From assembly GCA_902797395.1 (NCBI GenBank), contig CADBSO010000135.1, forward strand, positions 2,085 to 66,084: a stretch of 64,000 bases of DNA, given 5' to 3'. Under the pieces are notes generated by a model, which had not been told where the DNA came from, searched no databases, and was given only the letters and a program-made list of their open reading frames with translations. The first letter of the stretch is position 1, and the number at the start of each line of letters is the position of its first letter. Below are positions 45,647 to 54,810 of the stretch, one piece after another. The position numbers and the translations under genes are program-made. Origin of the DNA: an uncultured Spirochaetales bacterium (lineage in GTDB: Bacteria > Spirochaetota > Spirochaetia > Sphaerochaetales > Sphaerochaetaceae).

Positions 45647-45788
45647 ATATAACATAACCTAATCAAAAATGATTCCGTAAAACAATATTATATTATAATA
45701 ATATTCCAAAAAGCAATCAAGGACGATGCCAATACCTGATTTCCGAAAAAGCGACTGCGGATTCCAAAGACAGAGGAATCACTCAAAG

Positions 45789-47252
45789 CTATTTGCGGAC
45801 AACATTCCAATTCATCAGATGATATGCAGGCATGAACGTCTCCCAGCTTCCATTTCTGAAATCAGCGGAATCCACAAGATCAAGAATTTTGAACTCCGGC
45901 CACTTGAAAGGCCCCCATCCGGTCTCGCGATACGCTATCACATTCCTGTAATGCATCCCTCCAGTGCTGAATGTCCTCAAACTGATTCCCGGAAGATTGC
46001 TGTTTATCGAAACCTTCGGATACGCATAAGGGCTCACGGCCAGCTTATAACCCGAAAAATGCCTTATTGCATTCCCGATATCCGTCGGAAGCGTAACGGC
46101 ATCCGTCTCTCCTATCATATCCACGACATCACCCACATACGTGTACCCGATATACATCGTCTTGTAGAGGCCTTCCTTTTTCGCATCAAAATCAGGCATC
46201 GTTCTCCAGCTCGCATTAACCGAATAATTCGCCTGAAGATAATCGAGAACGAATCCGGCGCTCACCGCGCCGCATGCCCCATAGTTGGCGACATGCCAGG
46301 AATCGCCTGAAACATGAAACGCCTTATATATCATTTCCTTGTCTATCGATGTTCTTAGCGAGGATGCGAATTTCACGGAAAGAAAACCGGATTTGAAATG
46401 TCTCTGCGCTACGGATGCGGCAGCTTCCTTGGCTACCAGACCCCTGTTTCTTTCGGCAACATCCCAGAATAATGCGGCTTCCCTCTTGAGATCGTCACAA
46501 GCGCTCTTGGCCTTCAAACCGCCTGCGGCCTCATCCGCAAGCTCCGGATGCGCCATAATGAAATCATAGTAGCTCACCATACGGGCAAGATCCGACGCAT
46601 CCGCCATTCTCATGCCATTCAAATCCGCAAACCATTTGAAAACCGGCGCAACGGAATCATTTTCACAGAAGCCCAAAGCCACATTCGGATATCCATTGTC
46701 CACCATTCGAATTGCAATGCCGCCTTCAAGCGCGTCAGACAAGCATTCCGAGGCGTCCGATTCGCTTGAAGGCTCCGAGGCAGCCAACGCACGCACCGCA
46801 GCATCAATCCTATCAGCATATCCGCTGAAGCGCGAATGATACAAAACAGGACAAGGAAAATCCTTTACGGCAGCAGCTGTTATGTAGCCCGCAACCTCTC
46901 CTGATGAAATGACCCTAAACTCATAATACCTTATCCTGCCGTCCGGAGAATATATCGGAATCGGCAAATCCATCAGCACGGAATCCTCAGGAAACTCTTC
47001 GGAAGAAATGGAATCAGCGAGCCACAATACGGCGAAATCCCTCGCCAACGTCCAATCCACGACATCATCCCTTACGAATTCAAAAGAATAAGCGTCCAAC
47101 TCCTCTTTGCTCGTAAGAACCCTTCGCTCCATTGCCGCCGAACATGACAATGACGCCAAATCGAATTCGAGGCTTTCGCGGACGACGGATGGGATGCAAG
47201 AGCAAATCGGAACCGCAAGAAAAATCGCAATAAGAACGGCAATCCGCCTCAC
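45789..47252 (-). CDS. Lipoprotein, putative papain-fold cysteine peptidase (C10/streptopain-like) with inhibitor-like prodomain
   Basis: I propose a GTG start at 47252 that overlaps the pyrH stop (GTGA), giving (M)RRIAVLIAIFLAVPICSC. The N-terminal segment RYYEFRVISSGEVAGYITAAAVKDFPCPVLYHS resembles the C10 propeptide block. The candidate catalytic Cys is in NYGACGAVSAGF and the candidate His is in GGMHYRNVIAY. This assignment is inference only. Confidence 0.45.
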   Translation of the reverse strand: MRRIAVLIAIFLAVPICSCIPSVVRESLEFDLASLSCSAAMERRVLTSKEELDAYSFEFVRDDVVDWTLARDFAVLWLADSISSEEFPEDSVLMDLPIPIYSPDGRIRYYEFRVISSGEVAGYITAAAVKDFPCPVLYHSRFSGYADRIDAAVRALAASEPSSESDASECLSDALEGGIAIRMVDNGYPNVALGFCENDSVAPVFKWFADLNGMRMADASDLARMVSYYDFIMAHPELADEAAGGLKAKSACDDLKREAALFWDVAERNRGLVAKEAAASVAQRHFKSGFLSVKFASSLRTSIDKEMIYKAFHVSGDSWHVANYGACGAVSAGFVLDYLQANYSVNASWRTMPDFDAKKEGLYKTMYIGYTYVGDVVDMIGETDAVTLPTDIGNAIRHFSGYKLAVSPYAYPKVSINSNLPGISLRTFSTGGMHYRNVIAYRETGWGPFKWPEFKILDLVDSADFRNGSWETFMPAYHLMNWNVVRK

Positions 47253-47938
47253 GGATGCATCCTTGTCCCAACGAACGGCTTCCCCTCCAGTATCGATATC
47301 GTATTCCCGATCCTGCCGCCATTGGCGCATATCACCGTAAGCCCATTGTCACGAGCGAACTGCGATGCTATGGGATCGAACGGGTAATTGCTGCCGGGAA
47401 TCCACTTCGTTCCGACTATGTCGCTTATGAAATCGTTCCACGATATGTCATCCAAGGGCTTGGCTTCGGGGTCCTTTTTGGGATCCGCAGTATAAACCCT
47501 ATCTATATTGGAGAGATTTATGCAAATCTTGGCGCCGAATCGCTTGGCAAGCACAACAGCATCCATATCGGTGGAAAAGCCCGGTTTCCACCCGGCAGCT
47601 ACGAGCACCTTTCCGAAAAATGAAACATCAGGAGCATTCGGATCCTCAACGACGTCATCCTGACAGCCGAAAAGCTCCTTTACCACAAGGGCATTCATGC
47701 GTGTCGCCCTTATGCCTATCATATCAAGAGCGTCCGAAGATATGCCGGGATTAACCGAACGCATAGCGGATTGGTAAAGACGAGCCGTTGCGCCGCCACC
47801 GACAACAAAAACGATTCTCGCACCGCTCCTATCGAGGAATTCCTCCACATGCTTTCTGAAATCGCAAAGAAAATCCACATCTATTCCGGAAGGAACCACA
47901 AGCGATCCCCCCAACGAAACAACAAACACCTCACCCAT
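47249..47938 (-). CDS. pyrH: UMP kinase, archaeal-type (amino-acid-kinase fold)
   Basis: 229 aa. Blocks are VVSLGGSLVVPSGIDVDF, VVGGGATARLY and NIDRVYTADPKKDPEAKPL. These match the short archaeal PyrH pattern rather than the bacterial KRVLLKLSGE type. Confidence 0.75.
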   Translation of the reverse strand: MGEVFVVSLGGSLVVPSGIDVDFLCDFRKHVEEFLDRSGARIVFVVGGGATARLYQSAMRSVNPGISSDALDMIGIRATRMNALVVKELFGCQDDVVEDPNAPDVSFFGKVLVAAGWKPGFSTDMDAVVLAKRFGAKICINLSNIDRVYTADPKKDPEAKPLDDISWNDFISDIVGTKWIPGSNYPFDPIASQFARDNGLTVICANGGRIGNTISILEGKPFVGTRMHP

Positions 47939-47972
47939 ACCGCAAACCTCCGGCGGTCCGCCCGCAGATCAC

Positions 47973-48833
47973 CTACAGATCAAATACCGCAACATTATCA
48001 AGATCGCTCAACCTTGACCAATATATGTTATCGAACGTGCCTTGCGAAGCGCACAGCGCAGCCATTATGTTTATCTTGATGAGCTTGCTGTCCTTCACTG
48101 CATCCAAGTCCGGATTATCCCTCTTATAGCTTGCAAAATCCGTTGCGTTTCTTATATCCAGAAAGCTCTTTTCGCCACCGGCTCTAGCAAGCTCCTCCTC
48201 AAACCACATATCCTCGCCATCTCCAGGATTCATCGGATATCTCAAAACCAGCCTGCAATTCGCGGCATCGTACGAAATCTGAAACTTTATGGTATCAGTC
48301 AACGGCTTGCCTTCCGCATCAACAGGCATCGAAACATGATACAAGGGCCTTTGAGCAACTCTGCCGTTTGCAAATCCAAGAGGATATACGGAAATGCTGA
48401 CGGACGAATCATCCGATGGCGAGAACTTGTCAATAACACCGCTGATAACACCGTTCTCGGCATTGAAAAGGGAGCCTTTATTGGATTCCGCCCCGAACTT
48501 GCTTGAAAAATCGGAAATGATCTTGCTTTTGTTGTTCTGATACAGCGATCCGTTGTCAAGAAAATAGAACAAGCATACGGACGGACAATACCTGCATTTT
48601 TGCAACTGCTTGGGATCCGTGACACGAAACGAAACATTAGCAGTAGGATAGGACTGCTCCGTAGCGCTTTGCGAATATGTAGTGATATTTATGTAGTTAT
48701 AGCCCAAATAAAAATAGTTCGGAATGCCGCATGTGGAAAGAACCGCAACGGCACCCAAACCCAGCAAAACGGCCCTCAAACGCTTGAGGGCGCTCGCTAA
48801 TGCTTTGAAAATCGTACCCACTTGATGTGTCAT
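47973..48833 (-). CDS. Lipoprotein, unknown function
   Basis: I chose the start at MTHQVGTIFKALASALKRLRAVLLGLGAVAVLSTC (ATG 48833), 32 nt after the upstream stop. The ORF track extends the ORF to 49001. Confidence 0.5.
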   Translation of the reverse strand: MTHQVGTIFKALASALKRLRAVLLGLGAVAVLSTCGIPNYFYLGYNYINITTYSQSATEQSYPTANVSFRVTDPKQLQKCRYCPSVCLFYFLDNGSLYQNNKSKIISDFSSKFGAESNKGSLFNAENGVISGVIDKFSPSDDSSVSISVYPLGFANGRVAQRPLYHVSMPVDAEGKPLTDTIKFQISYDAANCRLVLRYPMNPGDGEDMWFEEELARAGGEKSFLDIRNATDFASYKRDNPDLDAVKDSKLIKINIMAALCASQGTFDNIYWSRLSDLDNVAVFDL

Positions 48834-48864
48834 CCGTCGGAAATTCCGCTTTCCGTTCGGACTA

Positions 48865-49521
48865 TCACTTGCCGATGTTAAGCAGGAATCTGGTATATTC
48901 GCTATCCTTGAATTCATCCTCAAGAATCTTCTTATACCCTTCTGCCTTCGCAGGCTCGCTCTGATGATAAATCCTGTACAAAGCAAACAAGGAAATATCA
49001 CTCAACTCACTATCCTTGCCGCCAACCTCATACACCTTGTAATAATTCTCAGCAGCCTTCGTGACATTGCCGTCACTCTCATAAGCGACAGCCAGATCAT
49101 AAAGTGAAATCGGCAAAAGATAATTATCCGACGACGCAGACGCCGCAACCTTTTCCAAGCAGGAAATCCTATTGGTCGCATCGCCTATCCTATCATACAG
49201 ATCCGCCTTATAGAAATTCAAACGCACGGCCGCAGGCGATTTCTCGGAAAATGAAGCCTCATTCCTTGTAAGATCCGAAATCACTTTCCTGATGTCATCG
49301 TCTGACGCCCCAGCCTCGAGGGAATAGTACCCCTCGTAGACCTGATACGCCTTATCCGCAGCCGCCTTTCTCTTCGAGCCGGAAACATTCAGCACAACGA
49401 GAACTACGCCAACGACCAAAACAACAGCGACAATGATCAAAGCGATCAGCTTTATGTTTCTTGAGAAAAAACCCTTTTCGGAATCGCCGCCGCTTGTAAC
49501 CGCAAATTTACTTCCGTCCAT
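48865..49521 (-). CDS. Membrane-anchored TPR-like protein
   Basis: It has an N-terminal TM helix (LIALIIVAVVLVVGVVLVVL) followed by helical-repeat sequence with A/Y/L periodicity. The ATG shares one base with the rpsA stop (TGATG). Confidence 0.5.
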   Translation of the reverse strand: MDGSKFAVTSGGDSEKGFFSRNIKLIALIIVAVVLVVGVVLVVLNVSGSKRKAAADKAYQVYEGYYSLEAGASDDDIRKVISDLTRNEASFSEKSPAAVRLNFYKADLYDRIGDATNRISCLEKVAASASSDNYLLPISLYDLAVAYESDGNVTKAAENYYKVYEVGGKDSELSDISLFALYRIYHQSEPAKAEGYKKILEDEFKDSEYTRFLLNIGK

Positions 49522-51299
49522 CAGTTATCACTATCTTTCTTAGCAAAGATGTCACCAAGCGTGAATCCGGCGCTATCATCATCATCCGAACTGGACATAT
49601 ACTGCTGTATATCGCCCATGCTCTGCCTTCTCTCGAACTCCTTTAAGGAAAGAACAAGCTTCTGAGCCCTCACATTGATATCTATGACGGTTCCCTCGAC
49701 TTCCTGACCGACACTATAGGCATCGCTCACGCGAGTTGAGGAATCAGCAAGATTCAAATTGAACTTGTTTATAAAGGCGGAGATGTCATCATTGACCTTC
49801 ACATTGATTCCGTTGTCCGAAACGGATGTGACAACAGCCTTAAGCGAAGAATTCTTCGGATGGCTATGCGAAAGCAAAAGCCATGGATTGGAAGACATGT
49901 CCTTCACTGAAAGCCTGATCCTCTGCTGCTTGGGATCTATCTGGGAAATCGTGACTTCCTTGGTCTCGCCCTCTTTGACGAAATCATGCATATTCTTGAA
50001 CTTCTCGGTCCATGATATGTCATCAATGGAAAGGAAACCATCAATGTCATCAACTATCTTGAAGAAAGCTGCGGTATCCGTTACCTTGACAGCAGTTGTA
50101 GTGAGCTTCGTTCCGACAGGATATTTGGAGACGATGCTGTTCCAAGGATTCTCAAGAAGCTGCTTTATCGTAAGGGATATCCTTTTGTTGGCAATATCAT
50201 ATCCGAGTATTTTGACCTCAACCTGATCCTTCGCATGATACAATTCCGCAGGATTGAAGTTCTTCTTCGTCCATGACAACTCGGAAATATGGCAAAGGCC
50301 TTCAATACCCGGCTCGATTTCAACGAAAACGCCGAAGTTCACCACACGCATGACGGTTCCCTTGACAACCTGACCGACCTCATACCTATCCATGAAGGTG
50401 TTCCAAGGATTCTCTTCCATATCCTTAAGCGACAGATTGATCTTGTAGTTCTCCTTATCGAACGATACGACCCTCAACCTGAGGACATCACCTATCTTGA
50501 CCACGCTCTTCGCTTTGGTGACACGACCCCATGACATATCGCTCAAGTGAAGCAATCCATCGAATCCGCCAAGATTTATGAACGCGCCAAAACTGGTCAG
50601 GGACTTTACAGTACCCTCAACAACATCACCCACGGAAATGGCATTGAAGAACTCATCCTTCGCCTGTTTGATCTGGCTTTCAAGATATGCGCGCCTGTTC
50701 ACAGTCGATTCGCGATTCGGATTGGGAACGAACTTCTCCAAAATGAAATAGTCCTGCACTCCAATGAGCGACTCGGGATCCGCAACGCGCTCGACATCCG
50801 CATTCGGAAGCCAACATATCGCATTATACGTATCCGACAGCTCAACAAGATACCCGATCGGCCTGGGCTCATCGCTACCGGACTTCTCCTTTCCGGAATT
50901 GTCAGCGCCCTCTTTCTGCTTGGGCCTGCCGTATTTGACTTTGATGAACTTTCCCAAGACAGGCGTCTTGCTATCACAAGCTTCCTTGAGGCTCTTCTCG
51001 GTTTCCTCGTTCCTCTCCTTTCTTCTCAAAAGGGAATATTTTCCAGTTGCCGATTCGTGCAACAGCGCTTCCACCTCGTCACCGACTTGCGGTACGGCGA
51101 AATTGCCATCCAACGGCATCTCAACTTCCTTCTTCAACCCCGAAACTGAAACCAAAGCCTTGTCATCCAAAACCTCAAGCACGGTGCCCTTCACCAAGGT
51201 GCCCGGTCTAACCGCCGGAGTGCTTTCCAAATAATTGTCAAGGAACTGTCTCTTCTTGCTCTCCTCTTGCTTGCTCTTCACATCATCGCTGTCGTGCAT
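49521..51299 (-). CDS. rpsA: 30S ribosomal protein S1
   Basis: 592 aa with six S1/OB repeats. Examples are GDVVEGTVKSLTSFGAFINLGGFDGLLHLSDMSW and GQVVKGTVMRVVNFGVFVEIEPGIEGLCHISELSW. Confidence 0.9.
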   Translation of the reverse strand: MHDSDDVKSKQEESKKRQFLDNYLESTPAVRPGTLVKGTVLEVLDDKALVSVSGLKKEVEMPLDGNFAVPQVGDEVEALLHESATGKYSLLRRKERNEETEKSLKEACDSKTPVLGKFIKVKYGRPKQKEGADNSGKEKSGSDEPRPIGYLVELSDTYNAICWLPNADVERVADPESLIGVQDYFILEKFVPNPNRESTVNRRAYLESQIKQAKDEFFNAISVGDVVEGTVKSLTSFGAFINLGGFDGLLHLSDMSWGRVTKAKSVVKIGDVLRLRVVSFDKENYKINLSLKDMEENPWNTFMDRYEVGQVVKGTVMRVVNFGVFVEIEPGIEGLCHISELSWTKKNFNPAELYHAKDQVEVKILGYDIANKRISLTIKQLLENPWNSIVSKYPVGTKLTTTAVKVTDTAAFFKIVDDIDGFLSIDDISWTEKFKNMHDFVKEGETKEVTISQIDPKQQRIRLSVKDMSSNPWLLLSHSHPKNSSLKAVVTSVSDNGINVKVNDDISAFINKFNLNLADSSTRVSDAYSVGQEVEGTVIDINVRAQKLVLSLKEFERRQSMGDIQQYMSSSDDDDSAGFTLGDIFAKKDSDN

Positions 51300-51379
51300 A
51301 TCGCTTATCTCCTAGTGCTTGCTCCGTCATGAAGTAACACGCAATCATGTCCTTTTCACGACTATGCAACCGATTTTTA

Positions 51380-51408
51380 ATAATACTTGTTAGATTATCA
51401 AATGTCAA
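51380..51408 (-). promoter_or_regulatory. Sigma70-type promoter candidate for rpsA
   Basis: The minus strand reads TTGACA - 17 nt - TATTAT. The -10 element ends about 80 nt upstream of the rpsA ATG (51299). Confidence 0.55.
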
Positions 51409-51472
51409 GGGCGCCCCAAGCGCCTCAAATGCCGGCATGCGGCAGGAAAACCGAGGCTTTTAGGAGCGCCCT
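51407..51472. repeat. Degenerate miniature Z-like element
   Basis: It starts aagggcgcc... and ends ...ggcttttaggagcgccct, which resembles the Z termini. Confidence 0.45.
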
Positions 51473-51500
51473 CCGATCATTAGGAGCGCCCTCCGATCAT
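51461..51500. repeat. Perfect 20-bp tandem duplication spanning the bamA stop codon
   Basis: taggagcgccctccgatcat occurs twice in tandem. On the minus strand this reads TGATCGGAGGGCGCTCCTAA x2, and the first TGA is the bamA stop. Confidence 0.95.
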
Positions 51501-54427
51501 ATGAGCGATGTGGAAATAGCCACAACCGGATGTATGTAGTTGAAAAGTCCTCCATCCACCCAAGTGACCGAGGATCCCTTTATCTTGTAGTCTCCGACAA
51601 GGTAGACCCCAAGCGGGAATCCGGATATCTTCAGCTTGACTCCGGCGCCAACCGCGCCATACCAGATCAGATTCGATGACAGATTCGCCAGCTGCTTTGA
51701 AACCGCAGTAATCGATGTGAATACCTCGGCATTGACTATTCCGTTCACAATCGGATACGAAAACTCGATTATATTATCCCACATGAACGATATGTCATAA
51801 ACCGTCTTATGACCTCTGGCAACCCTCATTCCATCTATGTACAACATCTCGGATCTCGTTGCGCCGAGCTTCGGATCGTGCCATTTCCACGATGTGTCCT
51901 CGCTATCAAGATTCGTGCTGTAGAATTGCGGAAGCATGAGCGAAACCGATGTCGTATAAGAGCCCACCAGCGCCGTAGGCCTGATCCCTTCCCCTGTCTT
52001 CAGCAGCATCAGGTATCCGGACAGGGATGTCGTGCTTCTGATGTAATTGGAAAGACCGCCGAGGATTCCGCCCGCATATACGAAGTTCTGCGAAACCATA
52101 TAGCCCTTAGTCGTATTCTCAACGAAATCCCTTCCATCCCACGTCACTCCGAAATACAACCTGTTTGAGAATCTCCAAGCCTCCCTGTACTGCTCAATAA
52201 GATATTCGAAAGGCATATACTCGTTCGAATCGTAGACGGCATGGTTAAGACCTATCGACAAGCCGCCGGAAATCGAAAGCCGGCCGTATTTGGTAACCCA
52301 TGAATATCCGGTATTATACCCCAAGGATACCCTGTACATATCATATTTCATGAGATACCTCAACGAAGGAGTAGCCTCATCATACGCCTCGAAATCGCTA
52401 TGGCTCGAATATCCGAGCGGGAACGCTCCGTTGCGTCCGATCTGGAACTCCGAATCCGGATTCCGCTGCAAGGCATTGCTCTTCACGCTGCGCTCCAATG
52501 ACAGGTTGAAGGAGTTGCTCCATCTGACATTCTTGAACCACGGGGCGCCAAACGAGAAGTTTATGGCCTGATAATCGGTTGTCACATTAATTCCAACTGA
52601 AATCGTATCCGCCCTGCCAAGGAAATTCTTGTTGTTGAATGACGCCATGAAGGAAAGCGGGAATCCGCCTTCGGTCCCTCCGAATGTCATGCCGAATGTC
52701 AGATCCATTGCCTGCGCCTCTTCGATGACAAGCTCGAGAATAAGGTGATTCTTGTCCGTTCCCGCATTAAGGTTGTATTTGAGATCCTTTATCAAACCGG
52801 TATTGTATATGTTCTGGAAGCTCTGCTGGATCTTCTCACGCGAGAACTTGTCCCCTTCCTTGAAATCAAGCTCGCGCAGGAAAACCTGCTTGTCAGTGGA
52901 CTGGGCGCCCGTTATGACGACTTTCTCCACAAAGCATTGGCTCTGCTCGTCGATCCCGATATTGAGATTCACTCTCAACGAGCTATCATCCTGCTGGGTA
53001 TCCAACGCCACAGTAGCGTAGATATAGCCCTCATTGTAGTAATCCGTCAGAATGGCATCGGAATCGGTTCGGCTTTTCTCGTAATCGAAAATGTCTCCGG
53101 TATCAAATGTCAGTTTGGATCTGAGCTGCTTCTCGTCAAACAGCGTGTTTCCGGTGATCCTTATGTCACCGTATCTCCACTGCTTGCCTTCCTTGATGCC
53201 GTATGTCAGCTTGACATACTGTACTCCATCATCCCTGCCCATATCAACAGGCTCGCATATCGGGTCGGAAATCTCAATGTCCTTATATCCGTTTTTCCTG
53301 TAGTAATCGCCGAGTTTCTTCACATCCTCTTTGAGATTCTTCTCAAGATAATATCCGTTGCGTTTCGATGTTGAGACCTTAGTCTCCATGTTCCTCAGCA
53401 ATGTCTGCGCCGGTATCGTCTCGTTTCCAGTGAAAATAACCTGACCGACGCGTTTCTCAACGCCTTCCCTTATCGTGTAAACGATATTGTATTCGTCTGT
53501 CTCAGCATTCCGATAAAGGCCTATGGCAACGAGCGTATCCGGGCGACCCTCTTCCGAGTAAAAGTCCTTGATATTCTGAACCGTCCGCTCGATTTCCTTC
53601 TTCGTTCTGCTATCGCCTATGGACAAACCTGTCCTTCTCCTGAGATCGGTATCCGAATATGAAAGCTTCTTTGTGATATCCTCGGCAACAAACGAAATGC
53701 TGCGAATGACCGGAATCTCCACAAAATCAAAAATCAGGATGAGATTCTTGTCCTTGTCTATATCGACTTGCGGATTGAACGATTCGAAGTAGCCGGTGCC
53801 GTACAACGACTTCTGCAATTCGGAAAGCAATTCATATGTGAACGACTTGCCTTTGCAGGCTCTGAATATGGATTCGACTTTGCCCCTGTGGCTTATCCTG
53901 ACACCAGAAATCTTATGTCCGGCAATCGTCCTGTTCAAATACCACTCGCTCTGCGATGTGATCTCAGGATACAGCCCCTTTTCATCGGAATCGCTGCCAG
54001 CGGACCCGGAATCCTGGGAAGCAGCGCCCTCCGATTCCGCATCATGCGCATCACCGTTCTGTTTAGCATCAGGTTGCGATTCGGAATCCTGCGCAGCACT
54101 ATCCGATACGCCAGCGCTATCCGGCATGGCGACGCCATCCGGCGCAACGACGCCACCAGACATAACGGCATCATCCGGCGCAGAACCGTTCCGAACATCG
54201 TCAGCCGGTACATCAGAAACCGGCGCAACCGTATTCTGAGGAATGTTATCCGCTGCTTTTTCCACCGCTTTCGCAGGCGCTACCGCAGGTGCATCAGCCG
54301 CCTGATTTTCAGTTATCCGCTCGGATTCGCTCCTCGAATCCACATTAGAATCCTCAGCAAACACGGAAATGGAAACAAATGAGAAAAAAACCAAAAGAAT
54401 CAAATATAAAAGAAATCCACGCTTCAT
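51497..54427 (-). CDS. bamA: Outer-membrane protein assembly factor BamA (Omp85 family) with long acidic N-terminal extension
   Basis: 976 aa. After the signal peptide comes a low-complexity region of about 125 aa, then POTRA-like repeats and a C-terminal beta-barrel-style sequence with alternating aromatic/Gly residues. Confidence 0.8.
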   Translation of the reverse strand: MKRGFLLYLILLVFFSFVSISVFAEDSNVDSRSESERITENQAADAPAVAPAKAVEKAADNIPQNTVAPVSDVPADDVRNGSAPDDAVMSGGVVAPDGVAMPDSAGVSDSAAQDSESQPDAKQNGDAHDAESEGAASQDSGSAGSDSDEKGLYPEITSQSEWYLNRTIAGHKISGVRISHRGKVESIFRACKGKSFTYELLSELQKSLYGTGYFESFNPQVDIDKDKNLILIFDFVEIPVIRSISFVAEDITKKLSYSDTDLRRRTGLSIGDSRTKKEIERTVQNIKDFYSEEGRPDTLVAIGLYRNAETDEYNIVYTIREGVEKRVGQVIFTGNETIPAQTLLRNMETKVSTSKRNGYYLEKNLKEDVKKLGDYYRKNGYKDIEISDPICEPVDMGRDDGVQYVKLTYGIKEGKQWRYGDIRITGNTLFDEKQLRSKLTFDTGDIFDYEKSRTDSDAILTDYYNEGYIYATVALDTQQDDSSLRVNLNIGIDEQSQCFVEKVVITGAQSTDKQVFLRELDFKEGDKFSREKIQQSFQNIYNTGLIKDLKYNLNAGTDKNHLILELVIEEAQAMDLTFGMTFGGTEGGFPLSFMASFNNKNFLGRADTISVGINVTTDYQAINFSFGAPWFKNVRWSNSFNLSLERSVKSNALQRNPDSEFQIGRNGAFPLGYSSHSDFEAYDEATPSLRYLMKYDMYRVSLGYNTGYSWVTKYGRLSISGGLSIGLNHAVYDSNEYMPFEYLIEQYREAWRFSNRLYFGVTWDGRDFVENTTKGYMVSQNFVYAGGILGGLSNYIRSTTSLSGYLMLLKTGEGIRPTALVGSYTTSVSLMLPQFYSTNLDSEDTSWKWHDPKLGATRSEMLYIDGMRVARGHKTVYDISFMWDNIIEFSYPIVNGIVNAEVFTSITAVSKQLANLSSNLIWYGAVGAGVKLKISGFPLGVYLVGDYKIKGSSVTWVDGGLFNYIHPVVAISTSLI

Positions 54428-54486
54428 TGAAATCGCCTAAAGAACATCTCTTCCGACAGAACCCGGAAGGTCTTCGAATCCCCTCA

Positions 54487-54571
54487 ATGGCACTTCCGAA
54501 AACCTTAAAGCCCGATTCCGCCTCTAAAATCCACAGGCGCTCTCCAGATAGCATGTTTTTAGAAGTACCCT
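54487..54571. repeat. Miniature Z-family element (85 bp)
   Basis: The termini are atggcacttccgaaaacc and gtttttagaagtaccct. The interior ...aaaatccacaggcg... is homologous to the Z segment cgaaaatccgcaggc. Confidence 0.7.
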
Positions 54572-54579
54572 GAAAATAA

Positions 54580-54651
54580 TGACGGATGAGGGATTTGAAC
54601 CCCCGACCAAGTGCGTGTAAGGCACCCGCTCTCCCACTGAGCTAACCCGCC
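54580..54651 (-). tRNA. tRNA-Val (anticodon UAC)
   Basis: In the hand-folded cloverleaf the acceptor is GGCGGGT/ATCCGTC. The D arm is GCTC-AGTGGGA-GAGC. The anticodon stem GGTGC/GCACT carries loop CT-TAC-AC. The T arm is GGGGG-TTCAAAT-CCCTC. Confidence 0.85.
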
Positions 54652-54662
54652 ATTTGCAAATT

Positions 54663-54759
54663 AAGGGCGCTTAGAAAGCATTTCCAAAAACCGAATCCAC
54701 AATTCCGCATGCGAAACCCACAGGCGATAACCAAACAGGAGATCTTTTGGAAGTGCCCT
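54663..54759. repeat. Miniature Z-family element (97 bp)
   Basis: The termini are aagggcgcttagaaagc and cttttggaagtgccct. The interior gcgaaacccacaggcgataaccaaacagg aligns with the Z segment tcgaaaatccgcaggcattttcaaacagc. Confidence 0.7.
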
Positions 54760-54810
54760 AAAAAAAACAGGCGGAAATGACAAATGCGACATTACCACCT
54801 GTTTCATGCT

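Noticed and set aside
54488-54503. A TGGCAC hexamer in the miniature Z element as a sigma54 -24 box (an NtrC-type activator is encoded in the window).
   Set aside because: The sequence is TGGCAC-ttccg-aaaac, with no TTGC at the -12 position. The same hexamer is simply part of the Z terminal repeat.
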